Origin: an uncultured Pseudomonadota bacterium
GTDB lineage: Bacteria > SAR324 > NAC60-12
DNA length: 19,951 bases
NCBI GenBank assembly: GCA_913020725.1
Contig: CAJWCD010000066.1
Location: 1-19,951, forward strand
Direction of reading: 5' to 3'
The position numbers were made by a program, and so were the translations under genes. Position 1 is the first letter of the stretch, and every line of letters begins with the position of its first letter. The notes below the pieces were generated by a model. The model made no database searches. It was not told the origin of the DNA and saw nothing but the letters and a program-made list of their open reading frames with translations. Of this stretch, positions 16,918-19,951 are shown piece after piece.

Positions 16918-18351
16918 ATGCAATCCACCAGCCATGATTTTGTCGACCGTGCCCGTGAGGGTTTGGCCGATGCGGACTTACAACAGGCATTGGCGCGGTT
17001 TGCGACCGGCTTCACGGTCAAGCGGGCCGAGGTGGCGGCGCGCCTGCCGGAGTTCGAGGCGTTGCGCGACGCAGCGGTGGAGATCAAAAACCATAGCCTC
17101 GAACATCTTGATTTCTATCTCGATCGTTTCGCCGCCAAGGTCGAGGAAAGCGGCGGCGAGGTGCATTGGTGTGTGACCGCGGAAGAGGCGCGTCAAACCG
17201 TCTTGCAAATCTGCCAGGCTGCCGGGGCGCGCACGGCGACCAAATCCAAATCCATGATCAGTGAGGAAATCGCCCTCAATGCGTTTCTCGAGGAAAATAA
17301 TATCGAGCCGATCGAGACCGATCTTGGCGAATATATTGTCCAACTCGCCGAGGAATATCCCAGCCATATCATCGCGCCGGCGGTGCACAAAACCAAAGAC
17401 CAGGTCGCCGATCTCTTTTATGAACACCACAAAGACAAAGGCGCGGAGAAGCGGCTCGACGATGTGCCGGCGCTGGTAAGCGAAGCGCGCGCCATGCTGC
17501 GCGAGCGTTTTATCGCCGCCGATGTGGGCATCACCGGCGCCAATTTTCTCGTCGCCGAGACCGGCACCACGGCGATTGTCACCAATGAAGGCAATGGCGA
17601 CCTGACGCAGATTCTGCCGCGCGTGCATATCGTGCTCGCCACCTTGGAAAAAGTGATACCGACGCTGGAGGACATGACCACCATCCTCCGCATATTAGCG
17701 CGCAGCGCCACTGGCCAGGAATTCTCGACCTACACCACCCTCTCCACCGGCCCCAAACGGCCCGACGATCTCGACGGGCCGGACGCCTTTCACGTCATCC
17801 TGCTCGACAATGGGCGCAGCCGGTTGCTTGGCTCCGAATACCGCGAGATTCTGCGCTGCATTAAATGCGGCGCCTGCATGAATCACTGCCCGGTCTATGG
17901 CACGGTCGGCGGCCATGCCTATGGCTGGGTCTATCCCGGCCCCATGGGCGCCGTGCTGACGCCCAATCTTGTCAGTCTGAAAGAGGCGCATCATCTGCCC
18001 AACGCCTCGACCTTCTGCGGCCGTTGCGAGGCGGTGTGCCCGGTGCGCATTCCGCTGCCCGGATTGATGCGCAAATTACGCGAGGAAGAATTCGATGCAA
18101 AATTGCTGGCGCCGCGCTATCGCTTGGGTCTGGGACTCTGGGCCTGGCTGGCGCGCCACCCGGCTCTTTATCATATGGCCGCCGGGCTCGGCCGGCGCGC
18201 GCTGCGTTTGATGGGCGCTCGCCGTGGCCGCATCACCAGCTTGCCGTTTGCCTCCGGTTGGACGGCCGGGCGCGACATGCCGGCGCCGGAAGGCGGCTCG
18301 TTCCACGCCGAATGGCGCCGCCACAGACGTCACCATGGCGACCGGACATGA
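16918..18351 (+). CDS. lutB: L-lactate utilization Fe-S protein LutB/LldF (YkgF)
   Basis: 477 aa; KSKSM..EEI, ETDLGEYIVQL, PSHIIAPAVH, GITGANF, NEGNG, RSATGQ, ferredoxin motifs CIKCGACMNHCP and STFCGRCEAVCPVRIPL. Confidence 0.95.
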   Translation: MQSTSHDFVDRAREGLADADLQQALARFATGFTVKRAEVAARLPEFEALRDAAVEIKNHSLEHLDFYLDRFAAKVEESGGEVHWCVTAEEARQTVLQICQAAGARTATKSKSMISEEIALNAFLEENNIEPIETDLGEYIVQLAEEYPSHIIAPAVHKTKDQVADLFYEHHKDKGAEKRLDDVPALVSEARAMLRERFIAADVGITGANFLVAETGTTAIVTNEGNGDLTQILPRVHIVLATLEKVIPTLEDMTTILRILARSATGQEFSTYTTLSTGPKRPDDLDGPDAFHVILLDNGRSRLLGSEYREILRCIKCGACMNHCPVYGTVGGHAYGWVYPGPMGAVLTPNLVSLKEAHHLPNASTFCGRCEAVCPVRIPLPGLMRKLREEEFDAKLLAPRYRLGLGLWAWLARHPALYHMAAGLGRRALRLMGARRGRITSLPFASGWTAGRDMPAPEGGSFHAEWRRHRRHHGDRT

Positions 18352-19025
18352 ACGCGCGCGAACGCATTATGGCTGATGTGCGCAGCGCGCTCGGACGTGG
18401 TGAATTGTCGGCCGAAACACAGGCTGCGTTGGAAACACGCCTCAACAGCGGCAAGTCTAATCTGATACCGGCGCGGAGCGACAAGCCGCATGATGCGCAG
18501 ATAGCGTTGTTCGCCGAAATGGCAGAGGGCGTTCAAGCCAGTGTGGCACGCGTATCGGACGACAGCGATGTGCCGGGCGCGGTGGCCGATTATCTGGCGC
18601 AGAACAATCTGCCGAGCGATATCGTCATGGCGCCCGACGAACGTCTCGACGCCTATCCGTGGGCGGCGCGGCCGCTCCTCAATCTGCGGCGCGGCAAGGC
18701 CGAGGGCGCCGACCAGGTGAGCATCACCGCTGCCGAGATGGCGTTTGCCGAAACCGGCACCGTGATGCTGACGTCCGATGCCGCGCGCCCCTCGACGCTC
18801 AATTTCCTGCCGGAGAATCACATCGTCGTGCTGCGCGCCGAGCATATCACCGGCGCCTATGAGGAAGGCTGGAAACACCTGCGGGCGCAAGGCACGGAGA
18901 ATGACTATATGCCGCGCACGGTTAACTTGGTGACCGGCCCGTCACGCACCGGCGATATCGAGCAGACCATCCAGCTTGGCGCCCATGGCCCGCGGCGGCT
19001 GCATATCATCATCGTCGGGAAATGA
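18348..19025 (+). CDS. lutC: L-lactate utilization protein LutC/LldG (LUD domain)
   Basis: Start ATG 18348 overlapping the lutB stop (ATGA), 225 aa; AETGTV, LNFLPENHIV, VTGPSRTGDIEQTIQLGAHGPRRLHI. Confidence 0.93.
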   Translation: MNARERIMADVRSALGRGELSAETQAALETRLNSGKSNLIPARSDKPHDAQIALFAEMAEGVQASVARVSDDSDVPGAVADYLAQNNLPSDIVMAPDERLDAYPWAARPLLNLRRGKAEGADQVSITAAEMAFAETGTVMLTSDAARPSTLNFLPENHIVVLRAEHITGAYEEGWKHLRAQGTENDYMPRTVNLVTGPSRTGDIEQTIQLGAHGPRRLHIIIVGK

Positions 19026-19678
19026 AGAACCCGGCGATGGCAGGCAAGCGCAAAATAAGCCGTGCGGAGGAAACCCTGTGGCGCCAGGTGACGGACGGCA
19101 TCAAGCCGCTTTCTCCAGGTGCCGAACCGACGGAGTCGCAAACGCCGAGCGACGACATCACGGTAAAAAAGGCGCGCGCGCCTGAGAATAAAGACAAGGC
19201 CAAGCCGGCCAGAAAAACACCACCCCCCGCTGCGCCAGTTGCGGCGAAACCGCAGCCGGAATTGGCGCCCGGCAAGAGCGCCGGCCTCGATAAGCGCAAC
19301 GCGCAGCGCCTGAAACGCGGCCAACTGCGGCCCGAGGCGCGCGTCGATCTGCACGGCATGATCCAACGCGAGGCCCACGCGGCGCTCAATGATTTTATCG
19401 CCGAATCCTATATGGCGGGTCTCCGCAACGTGCTGGTGATCACCGGCAAGGGAAGGCGGGCCAACTTATACGATCTGGGCTCAGACGATTTAGGCCCTGA
19501 TAACCGCGGATGGGGGGATGAAGCCTATCGCGGGCCGCGTGGCGGCCTGCGCGAGGCGGTGCCGAAATGGCTGCAAGTAGGTGCGCAGCGCAACCAAATC
19601 CTGGCCATTGAGCCCGCCCGCCCGCAGCATGGCGGTGACGGTGCTTTCTACGTGCTGCTCAGGCGCAAACGCACCTAA
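19022..19678 (+). CDS. Smr/MutS2-domain protein
   Basis: 218 aa; [13 protein letters not shown]-terminus, [41 protein letters not shown] overlap with lutC (alternative start 19037). Confidence 0.9.
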   Translation: MKNPAMAGKRKISRAEETLWRQVTDGIKPLSPGAEPTESQTPSDDITVKKARAPENKDKAKPARKTPPPAAPVAAKPQPELAPGKSAGLDKRNAQRLKRGQLRPEARVDLHGMIQREAHAALNDFIAESYMAGLRNVLVITGKGRRANLYDLGSDDLGPDNRGWGDEAYRGPRGGLREAVPKWLQVGAQRNQILAIEPARPQHGGDGAFYVLLRRKRT

Positions 19679-19951
19679 AGAATAAATTTGGACAGGTCGG
19701 TGTCCTTGGCCAGCTCGCCAATATGCGCGCGCACGAAGGCCGCATCGATGCGCACCGTGTCCCCAGGCCGGTCGGTGGCGGTGAAACTAACTTCGTCCAG
19801 TACCCGTTCCATGACCGTGTGCAAGCGCCGCGCACCAATGTTTTCAATCGCCGAATTCAATTCGGCGGCGATGGTGGCGATCTCGTCGATGCCATCCTCG
19901 GCGAAGTCGAGGGTCACTTCTTCCGTGCCCATGAGCGCGACGTATTGCTTA
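19675..19951 (-). CDS. hslU: ATP-dependent protease ATPase subunit HslU, C-terminal part (runs off the window)
   Basis: [10 protein letters not shown]...[21 protein letters not shown]...DLSKFIL; stop overlaps the Smr stop by 4 bp (convergent). Confidence 0.95.
   Translation of the reverse strand, partial: KQYVALMGTEEVTLDFAEDGIDEIATIAAELNSAIENIGARRLHTVMERVLDEVSFTATDRPGDTVRIDAAFVRAHIGELAKDTDLSKFIL

Noticed and set aside
17865..18347. N-terminal extension of LutC (386-aa ORF call)
   Set aside because: Lies wholly within lutB in another frame; the real start is the ATG at 18348 overlapping the lutB stop.
1..19951. CRISPR array, tRNA, rRNA, integrase or transposase
   Set aside because: No regularly spaced repeats, cloverleaf or rRNA-like tracts, or recombinase motifs seen; nearly all sequence is explained by protein genes.

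Overview
The window looks like a mosaic of at least two, probably three, unrelated DNA sources. Bases 1 to ~15,980 read as a Deltaproteobacteria/SAR324-like chromosome (taxon is my inference). They carry a minus-strand gene run: exported basic protein, a 1256-aa divergent class I adenylate-cyclase-like nucleotidyltransferase, a 413-aa helical protein, tilS, dsbD, a lipoprotein aminopeptidase and gmhB. Divergent from it are two tandem CPA2/Kef-type antiporters with atypical signal peptides and RCK domains, then a FliM-middle-domain protein. This segment is strongly enriched in the palindrome TCCGGA (44 copies by manual count, none after 15,340). It ends in the 3' third of lepA, joined in frame at a shared 'EPYIRG' motif to a ~160-bp, 72% GC flavin amine-oxidase-like fragment. 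From 16,128 the genes are alphaproteobacterial in type: an orphan mreD, a 264-bp MITE-like element (33-bp inverted termini, two internal hairpins), lutB-lutC without lutA, an Smr-domain gene and the 3' end of hslU. The best candidate for new biology is the remodelled cyclase-like enzyme and its neighbourhood. The junctions near 15,970, 16,125 and within the repeat element are probably assembly chimeras and should be checked against reads.
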